The position numbers and the translations under genes were made by a program. Below the pieces are notes generated by a model. That model searched no databases. It was not told where the DNA came from and saw only the letters and a program-made list of their open reading frames with translations. A DNA stretch of 26,564 nucleotides, taken from a virus. The DNA lies in IMG/VR virus record IMGVR_UViG_3300015078_000001, positions 82,468 through 109,031 of that record, one strand, 5' to 3'. The first letter of the stretch is position 1. Every line of letters starts with the position of its first letter. Below, piece after piece: positions 1 through 8,052 of the stretch.

Positions 1-2
1 AT

Positions 3-155
3 AAAATTATGCAAGTACGACCTAAGATACATTTGTCGGGTCATATCCACGGGAGCTACGGAGAAAAACTGTTCAATGGTATTCAATTTTATAACGTAAG
101 TGTTTGTGGAGAAGATTATAAAGTACAAAATAAACCAGTTACTATAGAGGTATAA
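3..155 (+). CDS. Metallophosphoesterase (MPPED/239FB-like), C-terminal fragment truncated by the window start
   Basis: Not in the ORF track. Frame 3 reads KIMQVRPKIHLSGHIHGSYGEKLFNGIQFYNVSVCGEDYKVQNKPVTIEV*, matching the P-x-x-H-x-x-GHIH..YG....NxS.C...Y...N.P C-terminal signature. The TAA overlaps the next ATG. Confidence 0.75.
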   Translation, partial: KIMQVRPKIHLSGHIHGSYGEKLFNGIQFYNVSVCGEDYKVQNKPVTIEV

Positions 156-400
156 TGAAAGAAATAGTTTTTAAATGCGATTGTTGTAAACAAAAAGCAG
201 ATGTACAGCCGCTGTGCATTCCTATAAGAAGCTATACAGATGCAGCAGGTAGTCGGGATACCGAGGATGTGAACTTCGAATTGTGTGTTTCATGTATGGG
301 TCGGTTTATTCTATCTCTGCTCAAAGAATTAAAATCTCAATCTGCCGAGGCAACTCTACAATGGTTAGAGGCATCTAAAACAGAATATAGAAAGGGCTGA
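155..400 (+). CDS. Small CxxC...CxxC zinc-binding hypothetical protein
   Basis: CDCC and ELCVSC motifs; GAGG RBS; start and stop coupled to neighbours. Confidence 0.7.
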   Translation: MKEIVFKCDCCKQKADVQPLCIPIRSYTDAAGSRDTEDVNFELCVSCMGRFILSLLKELKSQSAEATLQWLEASKTEYRKG

Positions 401-2283
401 TGAACGATCAAGAATTAGTTCAGTTAAAGTCCGACCCAGGTGTACTAGGAATATATTCTCGTAGGGGTAAGTTTAAGAAGGTAGGAAAAGATTTAGTTGC
501 AAAATGCATGTTTCATAACGACTCTACCCCTTCTCTCAAAGTTACTTTATTCGACGGAGCTTACATATATCGCTGTTTTGGCTGCGATCAAAAAGGGGAT
601 ATATTCCAGTTTGTCCAGAAAATGGACAACGTGGATTTCCAGGGTGCCGTAGAGATAGTTAGAAAGGAATTAGGTAAAGAGTTTAAACAAGCATTCTCTT
701 CGACTAAGCGGGCACAGCAGATATTCAAACCTATATCTGACGACAAGCCGACTATTACTTATACTTTAGAAGAATACTCCAAATTAGAAAAAGCTCTTGA
801 AGAATCAGAAGAAGGTAAAGCATGGCTGGTATCAAGAGGAATTACTTACGAAACGGCGAAGTTAGCTCACGTAGGTTTCCGTCAGGATGTAGGTAAATCG
901 GCTGGTGAAAAGAATACAGATATAGCGAATAAAGGCTGGATAGCTTTCCCTTCTATACAGAATGGTGTAGTCTCTGCTATTAAGTATAGAAGTATAATCA
1001 GAAAAGAATACACTAAACAGTCGGGTATGGCTAAGGGTGAAAACACTCCTTTATTCCCTGACGACATAGTAGACCCTTTTGAACCTATACTATTGACAGA
1101 AGGGGAAGGAGATGCATTAGTACTTTTACAGGCTGGATTTCAGACTAAATCCGTACAAAGTTCCAGTAATCCTCTTACTAGTTATAATAAAGAAATATTG
1201 TTGGAATCAGAATATATAATTCTCGCTGGAGATAATGATACTGTAGGCGAAGAATATATGAATAAGGCGTGGTCGGAAATACAGGAAAGAACATTTAAAC
1301 TTAAGTGGCCTGATAATCTGAAAGACGCTAATGATGTATTTCTTATCAAATGCAAGGGCAATATAGAAGAGTTTAAAACGTTAGTAAAAGAGTTAATCGG
1401 GGTGGCGAGAACAACTCCTATACCCGGCGTCTGTGATTTGAAAGAAAGTCTATTAACTGGACAAAAAACTAATTTAGAAGATAATCCTTTCCGGTTTAGA
1501 TTTCCGTGGAAAAGTATGGATAGTATGGCAAATATACTTCCGGGAGCAGTAGTATATTTAAGTGCAACTTCCACTGGTCAGGGTAAAACTAGTTTGATAA
1601 TGAATGCCACTATAGATAATGCTATACATGGTGAAGTAGTGTTGAACTACAGTGCCGAATTAGACCCTTCAGAATACGGTCAGATAGTCGTAGCACATCT
1701 ATGTAAAAAAGATAGAAACAGTCTTATACCTAAAGATTATGACAGAGCTTATAACGTTCTTAAAGATACCAGATACTATATAGGTCACGATCCTGATTTA
1801 AGAACTGCTAATGAAGTTTTAGATATGATAGAAGCCGGAATCAGGCGGCTATCTCCGGGATGTGTTATACTAGATCATATTCATTTCATAACGCTAAATG
1901 AAAAAGATACAATCAAAGCTCAGGAAAATGCCATGCAGCGTATTAAAAACATGGCTAGGAAGTATAGAGTTAAATGGATTAATCTAGGTCAGCCTAGAAA
2001 AGCAAAGCAGGAGATGAAAGGAAAGGCAACTCATCTTTCAGATGCCAAGGGAAGTGAAATGATTATAAGTGCATCTGATGCAGCGTTTAACATACACAGG
2101 GAATTAGCTGAAGTAGATAATCCCTCTAAACCACCGAAAGAACCTTTCGAACCGCTGTGTAAAATCTATTTACAGAAGGGAAGATCACAAGGTAAAGGCA
2201 ATGCATATACGGAATTAATGTTTAACGGAAGCACTTGCAGTTTCTATGAAGTAGATAATTTTACAGAAGAAAGGATTATATGA
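400..2283 (+). CDS. Bifunctional DNA primase-helicase (CHC2 zinc finger + TOPRIM + DnaB/SF4 helicase)
   Basis: CMFH..STPS...YRCFGC zinc finger; TOPRIM motifs TEGEGDA, GDND, KDAND; Walker A STGQGKTS; Walker B ILDH; DAKGS motif. Confidence 0.93.
   Translation: MNDQELVQLKSDPGVLGIYSRRGKFKKVGKDLVAKCMFHNDSTPSLKVTLFDGAYIYRCFGCDQKGDIFQFVQKMDNVDFQGAVEIVRKELGKEFKQAFSSTKRAQQIFKPISDDKPTITYTLEEYSKLEKALEESEEGKAWLVSRGITYETAKLAHVGFRQDVGKSAGEKNTDIANKGWIAFPSIQNGVVSAIKYRSIIRKEYTKQSGMAKGENTPLFPDDIVDPFEPILLTEGEGDALVLLQAGFQTKSVQSSSNPLTSYNKEILLESEYIILAGDNDTVGEEYMNKAWSEIQERTFKLKWPDNLKDANDVFLIKCKGNIEEFKTLVKELIGVARTTPIPGVCDLKESLLTGQKTNLEDNPFRFRFPWKSMDSMANILPGAVVYLSATSTGQGKTSLIMNATIDNAIHGEVVLNYSAELDPSEYGQIVVAHLCKKDRNSLIPKDYDRAYNVLKDTRYYIGHDPDLRTANEVLDMIEAGIRRLSPGCVILDHIHFITLNEKDTIKAQENAMQRIKNMARKYRVKWINLGQPRKAKQEMKGKATHLSDAKGSEMIISASDAAFNIHRELAEVDNPSKPPKEPFEPLCKIYLQKGRSQGKGNAYTELMFNGSTCSFYEVDNFTEERII
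613..627 (+). repeat. Dispersed 15-bp motif copy GTCCAGAAAATGGAC
   Basis: Exact match to GTCCRGWAAATGGAC, inside the primase gene. Confidence 0.8.
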
Positions 2284-2450
2284 TTAGCGGTGATTTAGGA
2301 CAATGTTTATACAATGCTTTACTAAAATATTCTAAAAATACTGATAATTCTTACATCTCAGATAAAAGAGAAAAATTTGATACGGTAGGTATAAACGGAG
2401 TATTTAATCTTTATGAAGTGGCAGATATTTTAAAGGATATGCTTATATGA
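2280..2450 (+). CDS. Small hypothetical protein (56 aa), paralog of the next gene
   Basis: Below the ORF-track cutoff. MISGDLGQCLYNALLKY...TVGINGVFNLYEVADILKDMLI; ATGA overlaps at both ends; AAGGA RBS. Confidence 0.7.
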   Translation: MISGDLGQCLYNALLKYSKNTDNSYISDKREKFDTVGINGVFNLYEVADILKDMLI

Positions 2451-2614
2451 TATCATTGGCAGAAGCACTTTATACAGTTTTTATGCGTCAGGATAGCGAT
2501 TACGGAAATTTTGTAGATAGTAATTGTTCTGACAGAACAAATGTTACTATAGATGGAAATTTCGATTTTAATGAAATAGCAGATGAACTTAAAGATATCT
2601 TACTGGAGGAATAA
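2447..2614 (+). CDS. Small hypothetical protein (55 aa), paralog of the previous gene
   Basis: MISLAEALYTVFMRQ...NVTIDGNFDFNEIADELKDILLEE; AAGGA RBS; TAATG coupling to the next gene. Confidence 0.7.
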   Translation: MISLAEALYTVFMRQDSDYGNFVDSNCSDRTNVTIDGNFDFNEIADELKDILLEE

Positions 2615-2889
2615 TGGAAATAGATAACCAAAGCTATAATCTGTCTCTGATTAAAGAGATAGAACAACTAGGATGCAGATGTAGTACATTCTTCGGGTGT
2701 GATATACATTCTCTATGTAAAAGATTGAGAGATTCTTTATATAGTATTCCCGTAAAAATACCGTATACTCCTAAAAATTATTGTAATTTACATAGTGACT
2801 GCGCGGAAGCAAACCGTCTGGCTGCGGAAAATAACGAATACGTCTCCCATTGTAATGATGATTGTTGCGAGGATTGCTTTGGAAATTAA
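2614..2889 (+). CDS. Cys/His-rich hypothetical protein
   Basis: GGAGG RBS; CRC...CDIH, CNLHSDC and HCNDDCCEDC clusters. Confidence 0.65.
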   Translation: MEIDNQSYNLSLIKEIEQLGCRCSTFFGCDIHSLCKRLRDSLYSIPVKIPYTPKNYCNLHSDCAEANRLAAENNEYVSHCNDDCCEDCFGN

Positions 2890-3907
2890 TATTGGGGCGG
2901 CAGACTTAAAGCGGCTAGTTAAAAAACTATCTTCAGTTAGTGCTAAAACTATACAAATAGATGGTAATAATAAAACTATCTACGCGATGGATGAAGATAT
3001 GGGTATATGTATATCTTCTCCGTTGCTAAAATCAGAGTTAATGGTATCAATAGATTTTAATATATTTAAGTCTACTGTTAACAAACTAACTAAAGATGTC
3101 GTCCTTTCTCAGTCAGGGAAAGAGCCTCTAAAAATTACTTCGGCTAAGTTTAAGGCGTCTATTCCGATATCATCTGAATGGCCTGTATTCCCTGTATATG
3201 AGCCGAAGGGTTTTAATCTCAATTCCGAGAAACTGAACAATGTGTTAAATTTTGTTAATTCTGTTACTACAGAGAAGAACAATTTTGACCATACAGGATT
3301 TATACTCATAGAAGGCGAGGGTCATAAACTATCCGCCGTAGCCACGGATAATCATAGAATAGCTTTTAGTGATTATCCTCTAGAGGGGTATATAGTTCCT
3401 AAAACTATCATCCCGGCGATAGCAGTGAAAGCTATTAAAGAGTTTACCGATACAATTAATATCTTCGAAAGTACTTCCTGTATATTCTTTAAGTCTGACA
3501 ATATGACGGTATATGCAAGGAAGAGTACTATTAAATTTCCTAACATAGTGGGGGCGGTTCCTAAGCAGTACATCTTGGAAGCTAAACTAGATGTTAATGC
3601 TTTGAAGGAAAGCCTAGATAGAGTATCTCCTGTGATAGACCCTGAAGTAACTCCAAGGGTCGTACTTGATTTTGGAGACAGCTTGAAACTATCCACAGGT
3701 ACTGATATAATAGGAAATGCCGAGGATAGTCTGGATATAGAATACACAGTGCCAAATAAATTGATTTTAGCCGCCAATAGCAAATATATCAGCGAATTCT
3801 TGACAGCGGTATCGGGGTGTGTTACAATTAAATTGTCAGGTAAAGATAAGTCGTTTATGATGGAATGTGGTAATCGCCGATTATTGACAGCAGGATTGAA
3901 GGTATAA
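2879..3907 (+). CDS. dnaN: DNA polymerase III beta subunit-like sliding clamp (phage-encoded)
   Basis: LSAVATDNHRIA (beta-clamp VATDGHRL), FPNI..VP (FPdY..viP), AANSKYISEFL (fN.kYl.d.L); size fits three domains. Probable TTG start at 2879 behind GGAGG, rather than 2795. Confidence 0.85.
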   Translation: MEINIGAADLKRLVKKLSSVSAKTIQIDGNNKTIYAMDEDMGICISSPLLKSELMVSIDFNIFKSTVNKLTKDVVLSQSGKEPLKITSAKFKASIPISSEWPVFPVYEPKGFNLNSEKLNNVLNFVNSVTTEKNNFDHTGFILIEGEGHKLSAVATDNHRIAFSDYPLEGYIVPKTIIPAIAVKAIKEFTDTINIFESTSCIFFKSDNMTVYARKSTIKFPNIVGAVPKQYILEAKLDVNALKESLDRVSPVIDPEVTPRVVLDFGDSLKLSTGTDIIGNAEDSLDIEYTVPNKLILAANSKYISEFLTAVSGCVTIKLSGKDKSFMMECGNRRLLTAGLKV

Positions 3908-4594
3908 TTGAACGCTTTACAAAAGAAACAACCGGAATTATTGCTACCGCCGAGTAAGATTGAAAAAGAAGAAGCTCATACTACCCATGCCAAGATACTA
4001 GCTTTGATGGATGAAACTCACGCAAAGGAAGCAGAACTACAGTCTTCCTATATTAAAATAGGAACTTTACTTTTTAAAATGCAGGCAAAATGTCTGTGGA
4101 AAGCAATGAATTATAATACCTGGTCTGATTATTTTACAGCAGTTCAGGAAAAATTTGATTCTGGGCGATCACAACTTTACGCTTATATTGGTATAGCTAA
4201 AACTTTAAATCCATATGTAAAAGAAAGTGATCTTTTGCAAATGGGTGTCAGTAAGGCCGGAGAATTAAGTAAAGCCGTGCAGTTAACAGGCAAGGCACCT
4301 AGCGATGAAATATTGCAAAGCGCGGTTAATCCAGCTATTAAAACTAAACAGTTTAAACAAGAATTATTTGATGAACAGCACATAACAGATCACACCGAAA
4401 AAGGCTTTTGGATGGACTTTGGCGGATGTTATATGTCGGCGGGTGAGAAAGAAGAATGGATTAAAGCTATAGATATAGCTAAAGGTATTGATCCGGTAGT
4501 ATCTAATAAACTACCTGAGCATGTACAACGAAAAGAAGCTATGTTGAGATTGGCTAGAGAATTTATAGGAACGTGGGAGTTTAATGATCAATAA
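3908..4594 (+). CDS. Putative helical DNA-binding protein (DUF3102/partition-protein-like)
   Basis: The pattern IKIG.LL..MQ...LW....Y.TW.DY.......SGRSQLY.YI.IA resembles phage DUF3102/ParB-HTH-like domains; family assignment is uncertain. Confidence 0.5.
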   Translation: MNALQKKQPELLLPPSKIEKEEAHTTHAKILALMDETHAKEAELQSSYIKIGTLLFKMQAKCLWKAMNYNTWSDYFTAVQEKFDSGRSQLYAYIGIAKTLNPYVKESDLLQMGVSKAGELSKAVQLTGKAPSDEILQSAVNPAIKTKQFKQELFDEQHITDHTEKGFWMDFGGCYMSAGEKEEWIKAIDIAKGIDPVVSNKLPEHVQRKEAMLRLAREFIGTWEFNDQ

Positions 4595-4651
4595 ACGAAC
4601 GCAAGCTCAGACCTTGGCGCTTGTAGGGGAAAAGAGAAAGAAGAAACTTAA

Positions 4652-4750
4652 GTGAAAATACTATTAGGAATATTTCTTGGTATCGCCATATGTGCTGTAT
4701 TATTACGATGGGCGGCTAACCGAGCGATTATGTCAGGACTCGGCTGGTGA
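4652..4750 (+). CDS. Small single-TM membrane peptide (32 aa)
   Basis: MKILLGIFLGIAICAVLLRWAANRAIMSGLGW; GTGA overlap with the HNH gene start. Confidence 0.5.
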   Translation: MKILLGIFLGIAICAVLLRWAANRAIMSGLGW

Positions 4751-5121
4751 AATTCAGGGGCAGGGTTTTTGTAGAATTAGATGAAAGTAATAATATAATA
4801 CGTATATTTAAAAACCAGGGTTTGGCGTGTGCTTCAGAAGCATATGACAGAGGTAAGGTATTTGAATATCCTAGAAAAGAAGCAGTAGAACAGATACGTA
4901 GACAGGTGTTTGAGAGAGCTAAAAGACGTTGTGAGAAATGTGGGGAAATTTGTACATGGAATTTTCATATGGACGAACGTATAGCTAAAGGTAATGGAGG
5001 CGAAGTTTCTCTTGCAAACTGTTGGTGCCTTTGTGCTCCGTGCCACGTTGGAGACAACGGCTACTCGGAACATAGCAACCGATTCTGGGGTGGAGGGAAA
5101 GATTTGAAATTCGATGACTGA
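4747..5121 (+). CDS. HNH endonuclease-family protein
   Basis: IRRQVFERAKRRCEKCG...HMDE....GNGG..SLANCWCLCAPCH. Confidence 0.85.
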   Translation: MKFRGRVFVELDESNNIIRIFKNQGLACASEAYDRGKVFEYPRKEAVEQIRRQVFERAKRRCEKCGEICTWNFHMDERIAKGNGGEVSLANCWCLCAPCHVGDNGYSEHSNRFWGGGKDLKFDD

Positions 5122-5593
5122 GAATATAGTGAAATATACTAAACAGATTGAAGCGATATTAAAACGATACGGGTCTGAAGTACGTAAAGATAGCATAGAC
5201 GACCTTATGCAGGATATACAGGTATCTATACTATCCTGTAAAGATAAATTAAATAAAAAAGCAGTTACGGAAATAACCAGGAAGTGTATTATAAATTTCC
5301 TTCAGAAGGCCGTTCCCCGGTGTGAGGATATATCTGACCCTGATACCAGGGAGGAATCTGAGGAACGTGATGTCCATTTTCCGGACATAGACAGAATTCT
5401 AGATGCTGAGAAGGCTGTCGGGTTTGTGTACAAATTACCTGAACCATACAGGGATGTAATATTAAACAGCTTTGGAATAGAAGACGAACTTAACGATAAA
5501 CAGATAGCCGACAAGTATAAAAAATCCCAGCGATGGGTTAGTTTAGTAAGAGTAGAAGCTATTAAAAAACTTAGAAATATGATGGGAGAATGA
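5114..5593 (+). CDS. Phage RNA polymerase sigma factor (sigma70/ECF-like, regions 2 and 4)
   Basis: DDLMQD (region 2) and LPEPYRDVI..SFG...LNDKQIA....KSQRWVS.....AIKKLR (region 4 HTH). Confidence 0.8.
   Translation: MTENIVKYTKQIEAILKRYGSEVRKDSIDDLMQDIQVSILSCKDKLNKKAVTEITRKCIINFLQKAVPRCEDISDPDTREESEERDVHFPDIDRILDAEKAVGFVYKLPEPYRDVILNSFGIEDELNDKQIADKYKKSQRWVSLVRVEAIKKLRNMMGE
5372..5386 (-). repeat. Dispersed 15-bp motif copy GTCCGGAAAATGGAC
   Basis: Exact match, reverse orientation, inside the sigma factor gene. Confidence 0.8.
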
Positions 5594-5757
5594 TGGAGTT
5601 ACCTAATATAGTTTACGCCAGAGTAGACAACGACGATGATGGAGAGTTTGTAGTTTCCTCCGATGTGGAAACGGATATGCTGGATTTTAATTACGGTGTT
5701 TATGAAATAGTTGATATAATCAATAAGAATAAAATTAACACAACTGGAGAGGTTTAA
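5593..5757 (+). CDS. Small acidic hypothetical protein (54 aa)
   Basis: MELPNIVYARVDNDDDGEF...; fills the gap exactly, with coupled start and stop. Confidence 0.6.
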   Translation: MELPNIVYARVDNDDDGEFVVSSDVETDMLDFNYGVYEIVDIINKNKINTTGEV

Positions 5758-6203
5758 TGCTATTTGCCGTAAATGTATGTGATAATATTAAGTGTAACCG
5801 TGGTGTTGACGGGCAAAGAACCGCTATCCAAATAGATACTTTGAGGGCTAATTCAGACCCAAATTATAAAATGGAACTAGACGACAGGTTCTTTAGATTT
5901 TTGAACGTTAGACCCAATTATGAAGAACCGAAACCAGGACAGCAAGAATCTCAATCAAGAGAATATCAGTTTTGTTCTTCTGGTTGTCTAAGAGATTTTT
6001 ATAGCGAACAGAGATATATTGCTCCTCTTAGCCCCCGCGAACAATATATGATATCAGAAAACAACCGTAAAGTCGAAGAAGCTAGGAAAGCTACGGTAGA
6101 TGGTTTTGGTAAACCTGTAGATGAACCTAAAACTGCTAAAGTATTGAATTTTCCCAAGCCTATTACACCGGCAGGTATGGTAGAATCGGAGATGCCTAAT
6201 TGA
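5757..6203 (+). CDS. Hypothetical protein with split CxxxxC / FCSxxC (TRASH/YHS-like) metal site
   Basis: CDNIKC and YQFCSSGCLRDF; GGAG RBS. Confidence 0.65.
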   Translation: MLFAVNVCDNIKCNRGVDGQRTAIQIDTLRANSDPNYKMELDDRFFRFLNVRPNYEEPKPGQQESQSREYQFCSSGCLRDFYSEQRYIAPLSPREQYMISENNRKVEEARKATVDGFGKPVDEPKTAKVLNFPKPITPAGMVESEMPN

Positions 6204-6574
6204 TTGGAAAAGAATTTCTATATAGTCTAGCTTGTCATTTAGCATATCTCGAAGGTAGAGAAGATGGCGTGAATTCTATGCTGGCAATTTTATTTTGCCT
6301 CAAAAATAGAATGAATATCGGACATGAAGGCGGCGATCTTGGTAGAATTCTACAGGCCGAATTTACCAAACGTATGCTATTGAAACAACCAAATATAGAA
6401 GTACCTGATGTACGTGATCCTTCTTTCTCTCAGGTACTGGGATTTGTAGAAGGAATATTTGAAGGTACTATACAGGATAAACTAACTAACGGAGCTATTT
6501 ACTATGGGCCTAAGCCGTGGGGTAGTAAAGATCAGGCTGCGGTAGTGGGTAAACTTATTTTATGGAATGGGTAA
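6200..6574 (+). CDS. SleB/CwlJ-like cell wall hydrolase (Hydrolase_2)
   Basis: LA..AYLEGR......MLAI...LKNR and DKLTNGAIYY match the SleB catalytic-Glu helix and the D.TnGAlyy motif. Confidence 0.7.
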   Translation: MIGKEFLYSLACHLAYLEGREDGVNSMLAILFCLKNRMNIGHEGGDLGRILQAEFTKRMLLKQPNIEVPDVRDPSFSQVLGFVEGIFEGTIQDKLTNGAIYYGPKPWGSKDQAAVVGKLILWNG

Positions 6575-6575
6575 T

Positions 6576-6731
6576 ATGAAAATTAAAATTACCATAGAAT
6601 TAGATGATAAAGAAAAAACTCCTGACGATTTAACCGATGCATTAAGACGTGTCGAGGAAGAAGCTCGAATAGAAAGAGAAAAATACCGACAATCTTATGA
6701 ACTAATAAATAAATATAGTAAAGGCATCTAA
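6576..6731 (+). CDS. Small charged helical hypothetical protein (51 aa)
   Basis: MKIKITIELDDKEKTPDDLTDALRRVEEEARIEREKY...; fills the gap. Confidence 0.6.
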   Translation: MKIKITIELDDKEKTPDDLTDALRRVEEEARIEREKYRQSYELINKYSKGI

Positions 6732-7127
6732 ATGAATAGAAGAAATCTATTTAAATCACTACTTGCTTTACCTATAGTGTTTTTAGGAAGTAAGTTAGTT
6801 TTAGCATCGGAAGATAGACTTATTTTATACGATCTTCATACCGCTAAAAAAGCTTTTAGTCCTGAAAATACAAAACCTATTGTATACTGGACTGGAACTA
6901 ATATTCCAACTACTTCTCCTCTAAGTGTAACCTTTGGGTGCGGACATCCGGGATATATTACTAAAGGAGATAAACACTATGTTCTTATACATCATGGAAT
7001 ATATTCTAGCACTAAAACAATAGTAACGTGGATGCCGGGAGATAAAATAAAATATTTTGATTGTCCTGAATGCTTTCATATTAACTTTAATAAACAGTTG
7101 GAGGATGGTTATTCTTTACAAAAATAA
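6732..7127 (+). CDS. Hypothetical protein with twin-arginine (Tat)-like signal peptide
   Basis: MNRRNLFKSLLALPIVFLGSKLVLA|S; CGH...CPEC in the mature part. Confidence 0.6.
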   Translation: MNRRNLFKSLLALPIVFLGSKLVLASEDRLILYDLHTAKKAFSPENTKPIVYWTGTNIPTTSPLSVTFGCGHPGYITKGDKHYVLIHHGIYSSTKTIVTWMPGDKIKYFDCPECFHINFNKQLEDGYSLQK

Positions 7128-7269
7128 AACCTTCTCCTGCCCCGCAAACACGGCTCGTATCTCAAAAGAACTATTTGAGTACAGGCTTGGAATGATTACT
7201 AAAGAACAATACCACAGACTAGTAGGCCGATGGCCGGATGAAACTAGTACGGAAAATGGACATGAATAA
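7105..7269 (+). CDS. Small hypothetical protein
   Basis: ORF 7057..7269; the ATG at 7105 is the more likely start. Confidence 0.5.
   Translation: MVILYKNKTFSCPANTARISKELFEYRLGMITKEQYHRLVGRWPDETSTENGHE
7247..7261 (+). repeat. Dispersed 15-bp motif copy GTACGGAAAATGGAC
   Basis: One mismatch; 19/20 identical to the 10083-10102 copy including flanks. Confidence 0.75.
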
Positions 7270-7396
7270 ACTACGAAGAATATGGTGCTGTTTAGCCGGC
7301 CATTATTGGGTTACGATAATTGGTTTAAACGATAAACCCGATTCTGAACTATACTGGGAATGTAAGTGTGGTAAGCGAGAAAGGTGGGTTTGTTAA
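7262..7396 (+). CDS. Small zinc-ribbon protein (DUF1660-like C..GHxW...CxCG)
   Basis: MNKLRRIWCCLAGHYW...WECKCGKRERWVC; TAATG coupling to the next gene. Confidence 0.65.
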   Translation: MNKLRRIWCCLAGHYWVTIIGLNDKPDSELYWECKCGKRERWVC

Positions 7397-7695
7397 TGCT
7401 ACCTGAAGTATTTGCCGGCGGTGCTGTTGTACTGTGGTTTTTATGGAGTTTGAAAACCAAATCAGAATTGAATCAAACCAAAGCATTATACGCTAATATT
7501 ATAGAGAAGGCTATGCAGGCTGAACGAGATAAAGGTGTAACTGAAGCCGAACTAAACTATCTAAAGTCGAGTATAAATGCTATTTTACAACGGCCAGTAG
7601 CCGCCATGTTGAGTGACGCTCAGATAGCCACTATGAATCAGAATATAGCTCATATAGTATTAGCGGGATTAAAACCAAAGGAGAAATTAGATTGA
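7396..7695 (+). CDS. N-terminally membrane-anchored coiled-coil protein
   Basis: Hydrophobic VFAGGAVVLWFLWSL followed by a heptad-rich helix. Confidence 0.65.
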   Translation: MLPEVFAGGAVVLWFLWSLKTKSELNQTKALYANIIEKAMQAERDKGVTEAELNYLKSSINAILQRPVAAMLSDAQIATMNQNIAHIVLAGLKPKEKLD

Positions 7696-7871
7696 GCGAA
7701 CCTATCTCGCCTGGTATATGGTTACTATCTACATATAGTAATGGGTATTTTAGTGATCTTGAAGCTTTAAATGATATAGAAAAATTAGGATACGAACCCA
7801 GATTTATAGAACGACGGGATGGTAATCTAGTTATATATTCTAGAAAGAAACCATATGAATTTATCTCCTGA
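7692..7871 (+). CDS. Small hypothetical protein (59 aa)
   Basis: TTG start overlapping the previous stop; AAGGAG RBS; MSEPISPGIWLL... Confidence 0.55.
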   Translation: MSEPISPGIWLLSTYSNGYFSDLEALNDIEKLGYEPRFIERRDGNLVIYSRKKPYEFIS

Positions 7872-8052
7872 ACAAATAACTGATCTGGCTACTAAGACCG
7901 CATATGCTGCTTTATCAGGTACTCCGTCAGGCGGTGGCAGCGGGCCTAGACTATCTAAGGCAACTATAAAAAGAGTAGAAACAGCTATACGATATTTCCT
8001 ACATAAAGAAAATGAAAAGATAGTTGATTATCCGTGGGAGTATGTAACATGA
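7855..8052 (+). CDS. Small hypothetical protein
   Basis: ORF track; ATGA overlap with the endonuclease VII gene. Confidence 0.55.
   Translation: MNLSPEQITDLATKTAYAALSGTPSGGGSGPRLSKATIKRVETAIRYFLHKENEKIVDYPWEYVT

Noticed and set aside
2795-2878. Longer GTG start for the clamp
   Set aside because: It overlaps the Cys-rich gene extensively; the TTG at 2879 has a GGAGG RBS and matches the clamp N-terminus
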